This document shows positions 1-13,779 of a DNA stretch of 64,000 bases, one piece after another. Source of the stretch: Lama glama (lineage: Eukaryota); assembly GCA_028534125.1 (NCBI GenBank), contig CM052816.1:1674001-1738000 (forward strand), written 5' to 3'. The translations under genes were made by a program, and so were the position numbers. Within the stretch, counting starts at the first letter, position 1. Each line of letters begins with the position of its first letter. The notes below the pieces were generated by a model. The model had not been told where the DNA came from and ran no database searches. It saw nothing but the letters and a program-made list of their open reading frames with translations.

Positions 1-1284
1 TTTCCCCTTTCTCTACTAGACTTTTCAGAAAATATTTCCTTTTGCTTTGTCTCCTGCCTCTCTCTTAGCTTTTCCTCTGCTCCCAGTCAGCCTCCTCCCA
101 GGTTCTCACCTACCAGTCTCCTTGTCTCCCAGTTGCTAGACTCTGTCATTTTCAGCATAGCTCCCTCCATCTGCTAAAACCAGTCTGAGGCTGCCTCTCT
201 GCAAACCATGTGGCCTGGCAGACAAGGCAGCCTCAATGTTGATTCAAGAGTTGAAAGCAAATCCAGCTTAACCCTCATCCTCCTTTCTTAGCAGGAGAGG
301 AGGCAAACTTTGTCTCCTGTCTCTCCTGTCCTCAGCCGAGGAGGGTGGGTCCCAGCTAGTTCCATGGTGCCCAGTCCTGTCTGACCTGGGTCTTCCTGCC
401 TCCCTCCTCCACAGGAGCTATTCATAGACCTTCCTATGCCCACTCTTAGAAAGAAGCACTTTGTGCCCTTCACTGGATGGACTTCAAGCTGACACACCTT
501 CCTTGGGTCAGGAGGGATGGGCCAGTTAGCCTTCCTCGTGGTTCAGGGCAGTGAAGTTCCAAAAAGTCTTGCAGCAAGCGGAACAGGGCCTCGGGTCAGG
601 CCAGGCAGCTTTAGGGGTCTGTGCACTTATGCTCTGATGGTGCTCTCCCGGAAAGTCCCAAAGCTGGGCCTGGACGTCAGCATCACCACGTGTCCTCTCC
701 CAATGGACAAAGTGAGGTAAAGTCACATTACACATTGGAGAAATGGAAAAAAGAAAGAGAAGAGGAATGAAGGAGAAAAGAAGGAGAGGAAGGGAAAAGA
801 GGAAGGTAGAGAGGACCCTCCCAAGACTAGTTGTAGGGTTTTCTGAGAGCAGATAAAAGGTATCATGAAGGGGCATCCCAAACCACAGTGGGTATGACTT
901 GCCCATGCACAAAGGCCCTGTGATGGCAGGAAAAAGTGCTGCCTGAGCACCACTGTGCACTGTCTGGCTTTCATTTCATGTGCAACGCAGAGTGCCTGCT
1001 ATGCGCAAGGAGCTGGAGCTCCAGAAATGCTCAAGACAGACCAGGTCTTTGCTCTCTTGGAGCTGACACTGGAGTGGGATAACAATGTCCCAGCAGCGCG
1101 TGGACACTGGAACCAGACTGCTGAATTTTAAGCCTGCGGTCCTGCATCTTAGCTATGTGACCCCGCATCTCCACTTAACACAAGTCAGTATCCTTATCTG
1201 TAAAATGGGAATAATAAGAGCCTCACTTAAAAGGGTCTTGGTAAATTTTCAAAGATATAATTAATATACGGCATAGTGAACTGT

Positions 1285-1710
1285 GGTGATGTCTCACTGT
1301 GGCGTTAACTGTGTTTCCCTAATGTCCAATGATGTCTAATCATCTTCCCATGTGCTTATGTGCTATTTCAATATCTTTTTTGATAATGTGTCCATTCAAA
1401 TATTTTACTGTCTGGATACAAGTCCTTAATCAGATACATATTTTACAAATATTTTCCCCAGATTGTGACTTTTCTTTTTGTCTCCTTTAATGGTCTTTTT
1501 CTAAAAGCAAAAGTTCTTAATTTTTATGAAGTCTAGTTTGTCAATTTCTTTCTTTTGTAGATTTTGCTTTTGATAGCACATCTAAAACATCTTCACCTAA
1601 CTTAAGTTTTATAGTTTTATTTCTTACTTTTAGGACTTTAATCCATTTTAAGCTAATTTTTGTGCATGTTGTGAGGTGAAGGTCAAGGTTCATTGTTTTG
1701 CATATAGATA
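1285..1710 (-). mobile_element. Old L1M LINE fragment (ORF2 3' region), antisense
   Basis: T-rich antisense L1 motifs: tttccctaatgtccaatgatg, tttatgaagtcta, ttttaagctaatttttgtgcatg..gtgaggtgaaggtcaagg. Confidence 0.75.
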
Positions 1711-1904
1711 ATGGAATTATTTATGATTCCCTTTTTACAGACTGAGAAAAAAGAGAGACCCAAAGAGGCCAAGTAAGGAACCCCAAATCACAGATTAAAA
1801 CAGATTGAGCTGCACTTGAACCAGACAACCTGATTCCAAATAAAGTACTCTTTGCAGGCTGCCTCCACTTACTTGGTGCCTACAGTTTCTTCAAGGCTGT
1901 GGTA

Positions 1905-2120
1905 AGAGCAGGCTTGGAAGGCAGAATAACCTCATTTCTAGTCTTGGCTCATCACTTAGCCCGAGCAAGTTGCTTAGACCTTCTAAGCCTCCATTTTTTT
2001 CATCTGTAAAATGGGACTAATAAGAGTGCGTCCCTCATAAGGTTGTGATGACCATTTTAAAGAATGCACTTAAAGTACTTCGCACAAGCTGGCATTTAGC
2101 AGCTGCTTCATGCAAGTCAT
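1905..2120 (+). mobile_element. MIR SINE
   Basis: MIR core: gagcaagttgcttagaccttctaagcctc..catctgtaaaatgggactaataa..ggttgtgatga. Confidence 0.75.
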
Positions 2121-2384
2121 TGTGTTGGGATGACTTCTCTTACCCCCTCAGCCTTCGCCTTGACTGGAGCCCATACCCAGCCTCTTCTGAGCCTTGGCAC
2201 GCTCCAAACCGCCATGGCAGAAGCTGTGGGTTAAACTGAGAAAGGGGGCAGACACCTTCTACCACAGTAACTCACCAGGGTGTACTGCATGAGCTGTTTG
2301 GACAATAAGAGAGTATATTGTCTAACAGACATTCCACCTTGAAGCTGTTTCAGCAACTTTCCACATCCGCCCCCTCAAATGTCC

Positions 2385-2932
2385 TCCCAACTATCTGTGC
2401 CTTCTGGTATTCACGCCCTGTATAGTCCCTCCAGCGACCTGCTTCCAACCAATAGGAACCGTGGTAAAGGTAATGGAATGTCAAGTGTGCAATCACATTA
2501 CAAAAGCTTGTAACACCATTCTCCCCAAAAAAGACTCCGTCCTGCAGGCTTTGGTGAAGCAAGTGGCTGTGATCAGAAGGCTCATGCAGCAAAGAATTGA
2601 GGACAGCCTTCTTCAAACAACCAGCTAGGACCTGAGGGCAGCTTTCATCTATCGGTCAGCAAGAAACTGTGGCCTTTACTTAGTCCAACAGGCCTGAAGG
2701 AACTGAATTCTGCCAGCAGCTGCATGAGCTTTAAAGCCAGTCTTTCTCTAGTGGAGCCTTGAGACAAGATCACAGTCCCAGCCGACATCTCAGTTTAAGC
2801 CTCGTGGGAGGCAGGCACCCAGTGAAGCCAGGCCTAGACTCCTGACCCACAGAAATGATGAGATAATAAGTGTGTGCTTTTATTAAGTCACTAACTTTGT
2901 GGAAATTTGTTATACAGCAATAGATACCTGAT
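2385..2932 (+). mobile_element. MLT1-type MaLR solo LTR
   Basis: ctgaattctgccagcagctgcatgagctt, gactcctgacccacagaaa..agataataa..taagtcactaactttgtggaaatttgttatacagcaatagata (MLT1 3' end). Confidence 0.85.
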
Positions 2933-4249
2933 CTAGAAATCAAGATAAAGAACAAAGAGAAGGCTGGAGTGAAGAGCAAAGGAGGCGAAAGACCTGGGAA
3001 AGGAATAGGAGAGGACATCCTTTATGCCATCTGAGGAGTCTCCCTCTGTCCTCTTAAGTATGTGCAGTGACCAGACCCACACTCCAGCAGGCCCGCGACT
3101 TTGGGGATCACCCTTGGTAAATACAAGTCCTTCCACCAGATTAACTAGCAAACGTGGTCTCCTTCGGGTACTTCTGATATCTACTCCCTCATGATAATCA
3201 AAAGTGGACTGTAAGTGAGACATACAGTTTCTCCTTCTCCTTCCCTTCAGGTAGGGCCAGCCACAGGCCAGCCTCCTGCCTCCTTTCCTCAGACTGCTTG
3301 GCTTCAGTTCTCCCCAGTGTGGAAAGGGAAGGGAGGACGTGGATGGAAGAGAAGGAGGTAATTTGCTCTTTTGAGGCAAGATTCTTCCTTAGATAGCCCC
3401 ATGTTAGCACTCTCACCATGGATTCTACATCTGGTCCCCGGTGTTCATGTCCCTTTCACCTGCCAGTGGTGGAGAGAGCGGTTACTCCTAACACAACAGC
3501 AACCTCTGTTGCATTTCAGTAACCTCTGGTGGTTAGATACAGGAGGAAGTGAAAGAGCCCTGTTCCTGCAACCTTGTTCCAAGGGGGCTTCTTCAAGCAA
3601 AAGCAAGCCTCAGGTGGAATGCACCAAACACAGAGATGCTTATCAGCACGCAGGCAATCAACCACTCTGTGTCTAAGGAGAGACTCCTCCCCCCTCTGCC
3701 CTCAGGTTACGTGGCAAGCCCCTTGCAGGAGCAACTCCTTCAGAAACAGATGCCCTTAAAGCATAATCAGAGGCCTCGTCACCAGACCAGGTAGGGGCTC
3801 ATCCCCGGGAGAATGCAGGCCAAGGGGCTCCAGAACTCCCATCTCCGGGATCGACAGCTGAACAATGCTCATTTCTTCCACCTTATTCACACACAGGTTG
3901 TGGGTCTTGCTACCCTAGTCCTAACCGAACTTTAACACAACTCGTTTCACCAATAAAAAAGCTATTTCTAACATTCCTTATGCTAATGAACGAACCCAAA
4001 GGCAATCATTCAGATAAGGACTCTTCATATACTAATTAACCACTCACTCCTAGAGTGTTGATCAGTATTAACTTGCACACATACACATCACGGCACTTAC
4101 ACTGAAGTATTTTAAAGTAAATTACCACGCACAATCTAGCACTTACTGAATCCTGATTTTGTTTGGGTTGCCGAGTGCACAGCCGTGAGAGATGAATCAT
4201 GACTGTCTGCTAATTCAGCCATGACAAACTCAGCCTCTCTCTGCCAGAT

Positions 4250-4640
4250 ACCCTCCAGCCTCTCCTTGTGGCCAGGGGAGGCCACGTGATGGAGTACCGG
4301 TCTATAAAAGTGAAGGGGAGGTACGCTGAGAAATCCTTTCCTCTCTAATAGGACATAGACACACACAAGGCAATTTCTTAGCATCTTGGCTGTCTTTGTT
4401 TCTGTCTTTGCATGGGGTAAGAAGAAAATGTGATGTTTGTAGCCCCCTTATAATCATGAGGCCTCCAGTATGAGGGTAAAAACTAAAAGAAAGAGGATGG
4501 CAGAATGGAAAGGCCTGGGTTCTGATGATCTTGTTAAGTTACACACCATCCCTAGGACTCCTATCTCTTTTCAGTAAAAAATAAATCTACCTATGGTTTT
4601 ACTCGCTGTTAGCTAGGTTTTCTATTCTTTTCAGTGCTAA
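4250..4640 (+). mobile_element. Degenerate MLT1-type LTR
   Basis: gaggatggcagaatggaaaggcctgggttctgatga..ctgttagctaggttttctattctt..aagtatcccaactgata resembles an old MLT1 3' end. Confidence 0.55.
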
Positions 4641-4919
4641 GTATCCCAACTGATACCTTTGGCCTGGAATAAAGATATAAAGGAGGGACCTTTCCTGAAC
4701 AACTAATGCCCTAAGGTCACACAGACACACACACACACTTCCCTCCCGCCCCCAAGGCTGAAGACCTATCCTCAGAAAATTAGTGCAAGTCCATCATTTC
4801 AGAGTGTTCTGGCCAGTTCTGGCTTCAGTTTCTTCACTTCTAAAATGAGAAGAGTAACATCTTCCCTAAAAAATCCCATGGGTTTAGGATAAGAAATTTA
4901 AGGTAGTTTCAATGAGAGA

Positions 4920-5170
4920 TGACTTAGGACAGTGATTAAACGCATGGACCCTGGAGCTAGACTGCCTGGGTGAAAATCCCACTTCCACCACTTGTAAACT
5001 GAATGAGCAAATTACTTCTCTGAGTCTTAGTTTCCTTATCTGCAAAGTAAGGATAAAAATTCCTGTTTCAAAAGGTTTTATTAGGCTTTAAGGAGTTAAT
5101 ACTTGTTAATAAGCACTTACAACAGCAACCAACAAAAGTAACCACTGTACAAGGATTAGCTATGATCATG
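4920..5170 (+). mobile_element. MIR SINE
   Basis: agtgattaaacgcatggaccctggagctagactgcctgggtg..tctgagtcttagtttccttatctgcaaa. Confidence 0.8.
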
Positions 5171-6332
5171 ATGATTATTATCATGATATCTGAAAGGGCT
5201 TTGAAAACCTTAAGTTCACTCTGTGACAACATAACAAGATAATGGTAACACTGATCACCCCAACTTAGTAATAAAGGAGTATCAGTGAGCCAACAGGACT
5301 TACAACTTGTAGGGAAGGAAGGAAAAGAAAGAAGAGATAAGGAAACAAAAGAAGGGAAGAGAAGAGGGTGGGAGGGGTTGGGAAGTGAGAGGAGAAGGAA
5401 GATGAGAGAAACATATGGTCAGTGAAACCGCACAGAGTGGGAATGAGGGCTAAGTGACAAGAACAGGAAGAAGCTGCTCTTTTTCTTTTCAGCAGGCAAC
5501 CCTGTAACTTTGGGAGAACATCATTCAGAACATACCATTTCCCACAGAGAATAATGCAGCTTACCCACAATTTCATCAGTGGTGCCCAAGCAGCATTAAA
5601 AGCATCGAAGCCGGCCCTTCACCTTAGGGCACTGCCATGCGGCGTCATTATTTCCATGGCAAACAAAATCTTTCCCAGGAAACAGAATAGAGAAAGTAAC
5701 TGAAATGTCCGTGATGCAGTGAGAAATTCAGGGTCGCTAACCATTCCACATTTGTGAGATTGCCCTGTGTTTGAGATTCCCACCCTGGTGGCGCCTATGG
5801 GGTCCTATTTTTGAACAAAGAACCAAGCATCAGCGTTGGAGCTTCCCTGAGGGGTCCAGATGCCTCATTTCCTGGCTCCTGGTACACACTAAATCAGGAA
5901 CAAGTAAATTCGTTCCCAAGTCCAACACAACTCGGTGGCTCCCCTCCCCCCTCAGAAAGACCTATTCCTCATCTCTCTCCATGTCCCCTGTCTGGGATCT
6001 TGACCCCATGGTTCCCACGCAACCGCCAGCTCTACTGCTTCCCCGTACCCCACTGTAAATGCCCAATAAACATTTTTGCATTAAAAAAATTAAAGTGATA
6101 AATATATATATATAAAGGGTGAAGCAAGACTCTCAGGGACATACATACTTAGGAATATTAATTATCCTTCACTTCCCTTATATAAATTATGCCTTTTATA
6201 TCATCTCTATGTCAATTTCACAAGGGGGCAGGAAAGTACAGTCTTAAAAGTTAGCTTACTTTGGGCACTACAGTTGGGAAAAATTATCTGCAAGTGGATT
6301 ATAATTTCATAAATTATTAATCACCTTATTTT

Positions 6333-6546
6333 AACTTTTTTTCTATTTTTTAAATTGTATTTATTTTTTATTGAAGTATGGTCAGTTTATAATGTTGTGT
6401 CAATTTCGGGTGTACAGCACAATGTCCCAGTCATACATATACATAAATATATTCGTTTTCATATTTTTTTTCAGTATAGGATACTACAAGATATTGAATA
6501 CAGTTCCTTGTGCTCTACAGAAGGAACTTGTTATTTACCTATCTTG
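6333..6546 (-). mobile_element. 5'-truncated younger L1 3' end
   Basis: ttttattgaagtatggtcagtttataatgttgtgtcaatttc..; imperfect TSD atcaccttatttt (6320-6332) / atcatcttatctt (6547-6559). Confidence 0.85.
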
Positions 6547-6679
6547 ATCATCTTATCTTTAAACTAAAACAGGTAATGGAATCTACTGTTCAACTCAACA
6601 GAATCAAACTCAAGAGTTCTACTATCAGTTAGGGTTACTGGGGTTCATAAAAGACCATCACTCCATTAAAAGCATCGAC

Positions 6680-6850
6680 CAAAAAAAAGCCCAAGTAAAC
6701 TTAAAAACTTAAAAAGCAAAACAAAACAAAAAAACCCCCAAAAATCAAAAACAAAAAAGAAACAAAAAGAAAACGAAGTCAAAAAAATCTTGCTTCTCTT
6801 TAAAGCCTGTGAAGTCTGTAGATGAAAAAAAAAATCTAAATAAACTGAAA
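6680..6850. repeat. A-rich low-complexity tract
   Basis: Runs of A with interspersed C. Confidence 0.8.
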
Positions 6851-6859
6851 TCCAGACAG

Positions 6860-9650
6860 GGAGAAGATCTTTTTTTAGATGAGCACAGACAGGAGACCAT
6901 TTCAATCTCTGGGGGAGTTGCTGTGGCTGGCATGGAAGCGGGCCTGCTGGAGGCAGAGCAACTTTGTGGGAACGAGGAGAAATCAGCCAAGCTTTTCAAG
7001 GCTGTGCATAGGCTGGCACAGCAGACTGGAATCTGGAAGAGCCCCAAACTCAGAGTTAGCCCTCCCCATCCACCAGTATTCCCCCATGGGCATTTCATTC
7101 AATAGGTGGAATAATCAGAAAGCCGACAATAAGGTGTGGAAAGCGGAGAGAGCTCTCACAGCCTTGTGGTGCTTACATCCCAAAACCCTGCTGGAGTGTC
7201 AGAGGAAGGGTGCTGATCTCCCTCAAGACATTTAAAATCAGAGGTGAACTAAAATTCACTCTGCTGGCATCCAGCCCCAATTCAGCTCCACTGCTAATTA
7301 GACTGACAGCTCAGCCACTAATAATAGCTGCATGTGAGACAAAAGGGCCAAACATTTCTGGAGGAAATGACAATCTACTTGAGTCTCTCTCGGTCTTTTA
7401 CTTACTATGTCTGACCTATGATTAAAAAAAGAGGAAAAAAAAAAAAACTATGACATGCGAAGAAGCAGGAAAAGGTGACCCACAGTTAAAAGATACAAAA
7501 ACATATCAATAGACTCAGGCCCACAGAAGAGCCACATGATGAAATTTTCAGAGAAGGGCTTATAATTATCCCAAATACGTTAAAGAATTTGGAGGAAAAG
7601 AAGGATTCAAAGGGGTTAGGGACTGAGAATGTCATCAAATAAGTGAAACTCGACAAAAGAACCAAATGGAAATTCTATAACTAAAATAAACTATTTTCTT
7701 AGAAGAAAGAAATTGTTGGATGAGCTTAACAGCAGGCTGGACAGAGCAGAACAAAGGATTGGTGAACTGCAGGTGACTCAGTAGAGATTACTTAACCAAA
7801 GCACAGAGAGAAAAATGAAGTGAAAAACGTAACTATATCAAAGACTTGCAGAACAGTATCAATTCAAATAACACAAGTGTAATTGGAGTCTCAGGAGTGG
7901 AGAAGAGAGAGGACAGAGAAGAAAAAATATTTGAATTGATGATCACCCCCCAAATTTCCAAAACAGATGAAATACTTCAACCCACACATCTTTAAAAAGT
8001 ACAACAGACATAGAATAGAACAAATGCAAAGAAAAACCACACCTAGGTACATTATAGTCAAACTGCTAAAAGTCTGAGATAAGGAGGAAATCTTAAAATC
8101 AGTCAGAAGAAAAGAATCATTACATTTATGGGAACGTCAATGCCAGTTACAACTGATTTCTCATTGAAAACAATCGAATAACAGTTTCAATGTTATTCAA
8201 GAAAAAGAAAACTGTCAATCTAAAATCTTCTACTCAGTGAAGATATCCTTCAAAAATGAAGGCAGAATTCAACCATTCTCAGGCAATCCAAAACTGAGAG
8301 AATTTATGACCAGCAGACCTGCACTACAAAAATGCTTCAGGCTGAAGGAGGAGCGATCCAGTTTGAAGTCCTCAGCCGCAGGGAGAAATAAAAAGCACTT
8401 AAAAGGATAAATATGTGAATAAATATAAAGGAAGACTTAAAATCTTTTCTTTATAAGACTATTTGTTTAAAGCATATTTAACAATATAGCCTCAGATGTA
8501 TAATATATTTTAAGTAAAATATATGACAAAAGGCAGAAGATGGTTAAGTGGAATGATGTTTTTGTAAGGTTCTAACATTGTTTATAGATTATATAGTAAG
8601 AATTTAAGTGGACTGTGATAAATTAAAGGATAAATATTATCATCTCTAGATGAATAAGTACTAAAAATAACACCATGATGTGTAGGTAAAAGCCACTAGA
8701 GAAGGTGAAATAGAAACGTAGAAAATACTTGACCAATACGAGAGAAGGTGGGAAAAGTGGATGAACAAATAGCAAGATAGTAAATTATTGTTAATCACAT
8801 TAAATGTAAATGTATTAAACATTCCAACAAATGAACAACTTAAAAATAAACCCACAGATTTTTAAAATAGGAAAAAAGAAAATACCTGAGTGGCCAATAA
8901 GCATATGAAAGGGTGATCAGTGATATTAGACATCAAGAAAATGTACATGGAAACCATTGAGATACTGGCACTGGAATGACTAAACCTAAAAAGACTAGTG
9001 GTACTAAATGTTGGTAAAGACGTGGAGCAACTGGAATGCCTGTAAATTGCTGATGGGAGCATAAATAAGCAACAGCACTTTGGAAAACTGACAGTTTCTA
9101 ATAAGGTTAAACAGACACCCCCTCTATGACTTGGCAGTTTCCCATGTACCCAAGAGAAATGAATAGATATAAAAATATATGTGAAAAATGTTCATAGTCA
9201 TTTATTCATCAATGCCCCAAACTTCCCTTAACAGGAGAAGAGATAAGTAATGTTGCATATTCTTACAGTGGACTGCTATTCAGCAAAAGGAGTGAACTAC
9301 TGATACCTGCAACCAAATGAACGATTTTTTTTAAGGTAGGAGCCAAAGAAGTGAAATACAAAGGAGTAGACACTATTTGAATCCACTTACTTGAAGCTCA
9401 AGAACACAGGAAACTGGTCTACACAGACAGAAGTGAGAATACTGTCGACTGCTTTGGGTAGTGCAGGGGACCGTATAGTAACTAGAAAAGGGCATGAAAT
9501 TTTCTGGGGAGATGATAATATTCTATATCTTGATCTTGGAGGTGGTTACATGGGTACATACCTGATAAAAAGACATGGAGCTGTATATGCAAGGTGTGTG
9601 TATTTTACTGTATATAAATTGTATCTTAGTAAAACTACTGGAAAAAACTA
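6860..9650 (+). mobile_element. Ancient L1M element: putative 5' UTR, decayed ORF1, most of ORF2 absent, 3' UTR
   Basis: ORF1 remnants ~7500-8350 (gtaattggagtctcaggag, accacacctaggtacattatagtcaaactg, ccagcagacctgcactacaa); ORF2-end/3'UTR motifs 8880-9640 (tggccaataagcatatgaaa, ttctatatcttgatcttggaggtggttacatgg). The 5' boundary is uncertain. Confidence 0.75.
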
Positions 9651-9787
9651 AGTCCAGGTGATGTAGGTAAACTGCTCCCTTGGCATCTGGGATAGCACAC
9701 TTTCTGGATTGCCTCCTGCCTCTAACCCCAGACATTTATTTCTCCATTGTCCTTTTCATGGGTTTCTCTGATTGATTGCCTTTCTAA

Positions 9788-9814
9788 GTGTGTGTGTGTG
9801 TGTGTGTGTGTGTG
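9788..9814. repeat. (TG)n microsatellite
   Basis: Direct reading. Confidence 0.95.
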
Positions 9815-10527
9815 ATGTTTTTATTTTATGCTTGTTTTCTTTAAAAGAAATCTCTGCTTATTATAACCAATAAAACAATATGGTTATATAAAAAGAAAAT
9901 TTAATCTCACCTGCCACTCATTAGCCTCTTTGTAAAGAGGGGTTCAGACTACTCTCAGCCCTACTCAATTACTCAGTTCTAGAGAACACCACCCATCTCC
10001 TTCAGCTTCCACTGCAGGACAGGAGAAACACCAGACTATTTGACTGGGCTGGACCATTTACTAAACTTCGCCAGACCACAAAGCCAGAGCCCCAAACCAA
10101 ATGTCCTAATTTGGACCCAGAGTTAGAAAATGTAACAACTGCCTTAAAAAAGTAGTAAAGAGTAAAGCTACCCTCTGAAGACATCTGGTATTACGTTCAT
10201 GCATCTCTGTCGCCTGTGTCCGTCTCAGTTTTTACTTTCTCTCCTCCCCATGCCTCTTTCTTCCCCTCTCTTTTCCTTTTACTCTTTACTCTCTCCCCTA
10301 CTTCTTTTCCATGAGATGTGCTTACTTTACCATATGTATTTTTCTTATTTATTGAATAATAGTATATATATCCTGTTCTTTTCTTCTTGTAGAAGTGAAC
10401 TGTCTTATATTTTCTTTTAGAAAAATAAAGTGGATTTTCACTGTGACTCTGTTAATTTTTCATGTGAGTCATATTGATCTTTGCTCTAGGACTACACAAG
10501 AAATTGTTTCTTTTCTGAGTGAACTCG

Positions 10528-10575
10528 AGTGTGTGTGTGTGTGTGTGTATAAATATAAATATATATACATACATA
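10528..10575. repeat. (TG)n + (TA)-rich microsatellite
   Basis: Direct reading. Confidence 0.9.
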
Positions 10576-12411
10576 TTTTTTAATGAGAGCAAGTCCCAAG
10601 CTCTGTATTTCAGAAAATAAATTTGTAAATTTCCCTAGCTTCACTTCTGAGTTCAATGCATTTTGAAGTGGCTGGGACAAAATAAATGGTCTCAGAAAAA
10701 GAATGCCTGGGTGATGGGGAAAATACTGTATTTCTCCAAGGAAAGAATTTGAGACATACTTCAGATGGCTGTTTCATATAATTCATGAGTTACAATTGCT
10801 TGCTCATTTCAAACAAGAGGTACCCGTAATATACATGCACACACACACACACGGCAGGATCTTTAAAGATAATTTTTTATAATCAAATATGTCATAATAA
10901 ATCCTTCTTGTAAATCTGAACCATTATCAACTTGCAGTTTCTGAAGAAAAACAACTTTCCTTGGCAACCACATTTTCCATAAACCCAAGGCTGTCCACCC
11001 TGGTGTTCCCTGCAGTCAGGAAAAAAGTAGACCTGAGAATGAGGTGACCTGCCATTTGGGCAGCACATTAGCTGTTGGAATGTTCTTCTTATCTTCCTGG
11101 CAAATTCACTGGAGAAACCTCTCACCCCGGCGGCTCCACAGCACACTTGCTGTCACTCTAGCACAGTATGTGTGGAGGGATCCAAGCACACTCCATGTTT
11201 GCCTGGAAACTCGCCCATAGTTCATTACCAGAGAGCTCAGTCTATTTTGATCTCAACCAAATGAAAGTTCCGGAAGTGTTCATTTTGTGGTGAGTCCAAG
11301 TTTTCTGTGTCATTGACCCTTATTCCTCTCAGAGAACCAAAGTAGAGAAAGCTTAGCTGTTCATAAACACAGCATATAAATTAATCATTATTTGGGTCCT
11401 GAGTTTTTATTTTCCAATTGTAAAAAGGTCAGAGCAAATGCCATGACACAGTCTGTCTTTCTATAATGAACAGCTGCTTTCCTAAGAAAAATTGCACTAA
11501 CAAAATTCTCCCTATAATAATTTCTATCATTTATTGACTGTTTGTTGTCTGTGAGGCACAGGGCTAAACCTCACAAGATTATTTCACTGACTCTTTATAA
11601 TCCCCAAATAAGCACTATCAATATCCTCTTTTTACAAATGAAGAAACTGCGTCTAAGAGCTTAAGTCCTTCTTACACTATTCTTAATGGTGCGTGGATTC
11701 AAAGTCTAATTCAAAGAAGTCTAATTTATAGGGATTTTTCATAACTACTAGCCTTGACTGCTCCTCCTGCTTCCTGTTTAAAACAAAAACACAAGAAAGT
11801 TGTAGCAGTGAAGAAAAAGAGATTAGGAATTAAAGAGTTTATTTTACCCAATTTTTATCCACTGTGCTGTCCATCGTTAGCACAAACTGAAATGAACTGT
11901 AGCAGAATTCACAAATATGAATTGCCAACAAAAGAAAATCCACACTGAGAAACTCAACACCCTGACAGGTAGCAATGTGCTTCCCTGCCCTGGGAGACCA
12001 GCTTTTCTCATTCAAGCAGTGCCAATTCCTGTGTGGTTATAGCAGAACCCTAATGGCCCACAGGGTTAAAATTACATGCTCTAATTGATCAATGCCACCA
12101 TGACTAGTTTGTGTTACGAAAACCTAAGCTTTGGGAGACATATCTGTAAATATAAGACAGATTTTCCAGTATGAATAGGTCAGATACTTTTTGGGAGCCC
12201 CGTGTTTAAGTCTTTCCATGTCTGGATCCCATGTTTCATGGTGCATGGAATAAAGCATTGAGCTCAATGCATTAACTTTTTCTTTAATAGTCTGCAACCA
12301 GAAGAGAACTGGGAGGATTTTGTGTCCTGGAAAATAGCTACAGCCATGTGGCCTTTCCCTTATGTCTCATACCCCCACCAAAGTCATTAGATGAATACTC
12401 AGTCCTTTAGT

Positions 12412-12850
12412 CATATTTCTACTGTGACAATGCTCTGTAACAAACACGCCCCCTCCCTCCAATCTCACTAGCTTAAAAAAGGAAGTATCTATGGGAACGT
12501 AGGCTGCCTGTGGTTGCTTGGCTCAGCTGGGCTAGGCTAACGTCCAACCTTTCATTTAAGTTCAAGTCTGCTCCAGGTATCTTTATTCCAGGACTCAGGC
12601 TAGGAGAGCAATGACTACTTACTCTTCATGGGAAAAAGTTTGAAATGCCTCACAAAAACTTAGTAGTTTCTTAAAGTGTCTGCTCAGAACTGGCACACTG
12701 TCATTTTATTTCTGCTTGAACTAATTGGTCAAAGCAAGTCACATAGCTAGGTCCCAAGTGAATGGGGTGAGAATATATATTCTGCCTACGCTTGAGATAG
12801 ATGCTGGAAAGTATGTGGCAGAGGGCATGGGAATAATAATCCAATCTACC
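12412..12850 (-). mobile_element. MLT1-type LTR, antisense
   Basis: ttagtcatatttctactgtgacaatgctctgtaacaaac..ctcagaactggcacactgtcatt..ttggtcaaagcaagtcacat. Confidence 0.75.
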
Positions 12851-13199
12851 ACACTCAGTATTTCCCACAGGACTTTTCTCATATCTTTTTTATAGAACCT
12901 ATCATATTTTATTGCAATTATGTTTATATACATATGATCCTCCCAGTAGACCGACTGAGTCACCACTTAACCCCAGCCCCACAGACCACGGCACTGCCTG
13001 TCCCGTTAGCAGATACTTAATAAATAGCCAAGAAATAAATGTATGAATGAAGACACGTATAAGCCAGGTATCATGAACATACATAAATTATTTAATTCTC
13101 AAAATAAGATTACACCAGAGCATCACCTGTAAGAAAGCTGGTAATCACCAGTGTAGAAAATAATTATATAGAAGTCTTACTTTGAAATGTTCAAATTGT

Positions 13200-13779
13200 G
13201 GATCATCTCATTCACTCATTCAGAATATATTTATTGAATGCCAGATGCAAGAATACAGAAGTGAATAAGGCAGATACAATTAATGTCCTTGCCAAGCTAG
13301 TGGGCAAGAAAGACAAACAAGAAATTATACTGAGTGATAACTGGCATGGTTATGAAAGTGTGGGAGCATCTAACCATTTTGGGGGACCAGCAAAGGCTTT
13401 CTGGGCACCATGACTTTCAAGCTGAGCTCTAAATGATGAGTAGGAAGAGAAGGGGAGACAGGGAATTGACACTCAAAGCTGAGGAAGCAGTACAGTATGT
13501 GAGCTAGAAAAATTAAGGGAAAAACCCAGGTTTCAGTTTTGGGCAGCTGGGTGGATGGTGACATGATGATATTTACTAACAGGAAATACAAGAGAGAAAG
13601 TGTATCTGTTGGACAGGGTGGTGGGAGGGGGATGGGGTTCATTTTTGGACACTGATGGATTAGAAGTATGGTGATATCGCCTTAAAAAGACCCAGGTGGC
13701 AACTGGATCTGAGAGTCTCAATTTCAAAGGAGAGATATGAGCTGAGATAACAAATTTGTGATTCATCTGTATATATGTG
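13200..13779 (-). mobile_element. L2 LINE fragment (resumes at ~14528-14620 after the MER21 LTR)
   Basis: cattcactcattcagaatatatttattgaatgcc (L2 tail), ttggacactgatggattagaag, ggagagatatgagctgagataacaaatttg. Confidence 0.75.

Noticed and set aside
6809..7235. Overlapping 98-118 aa ORFs as a host exon
   Set aside because: No recognisable protein; they lie in the probable 5' UTR of the old L1M.
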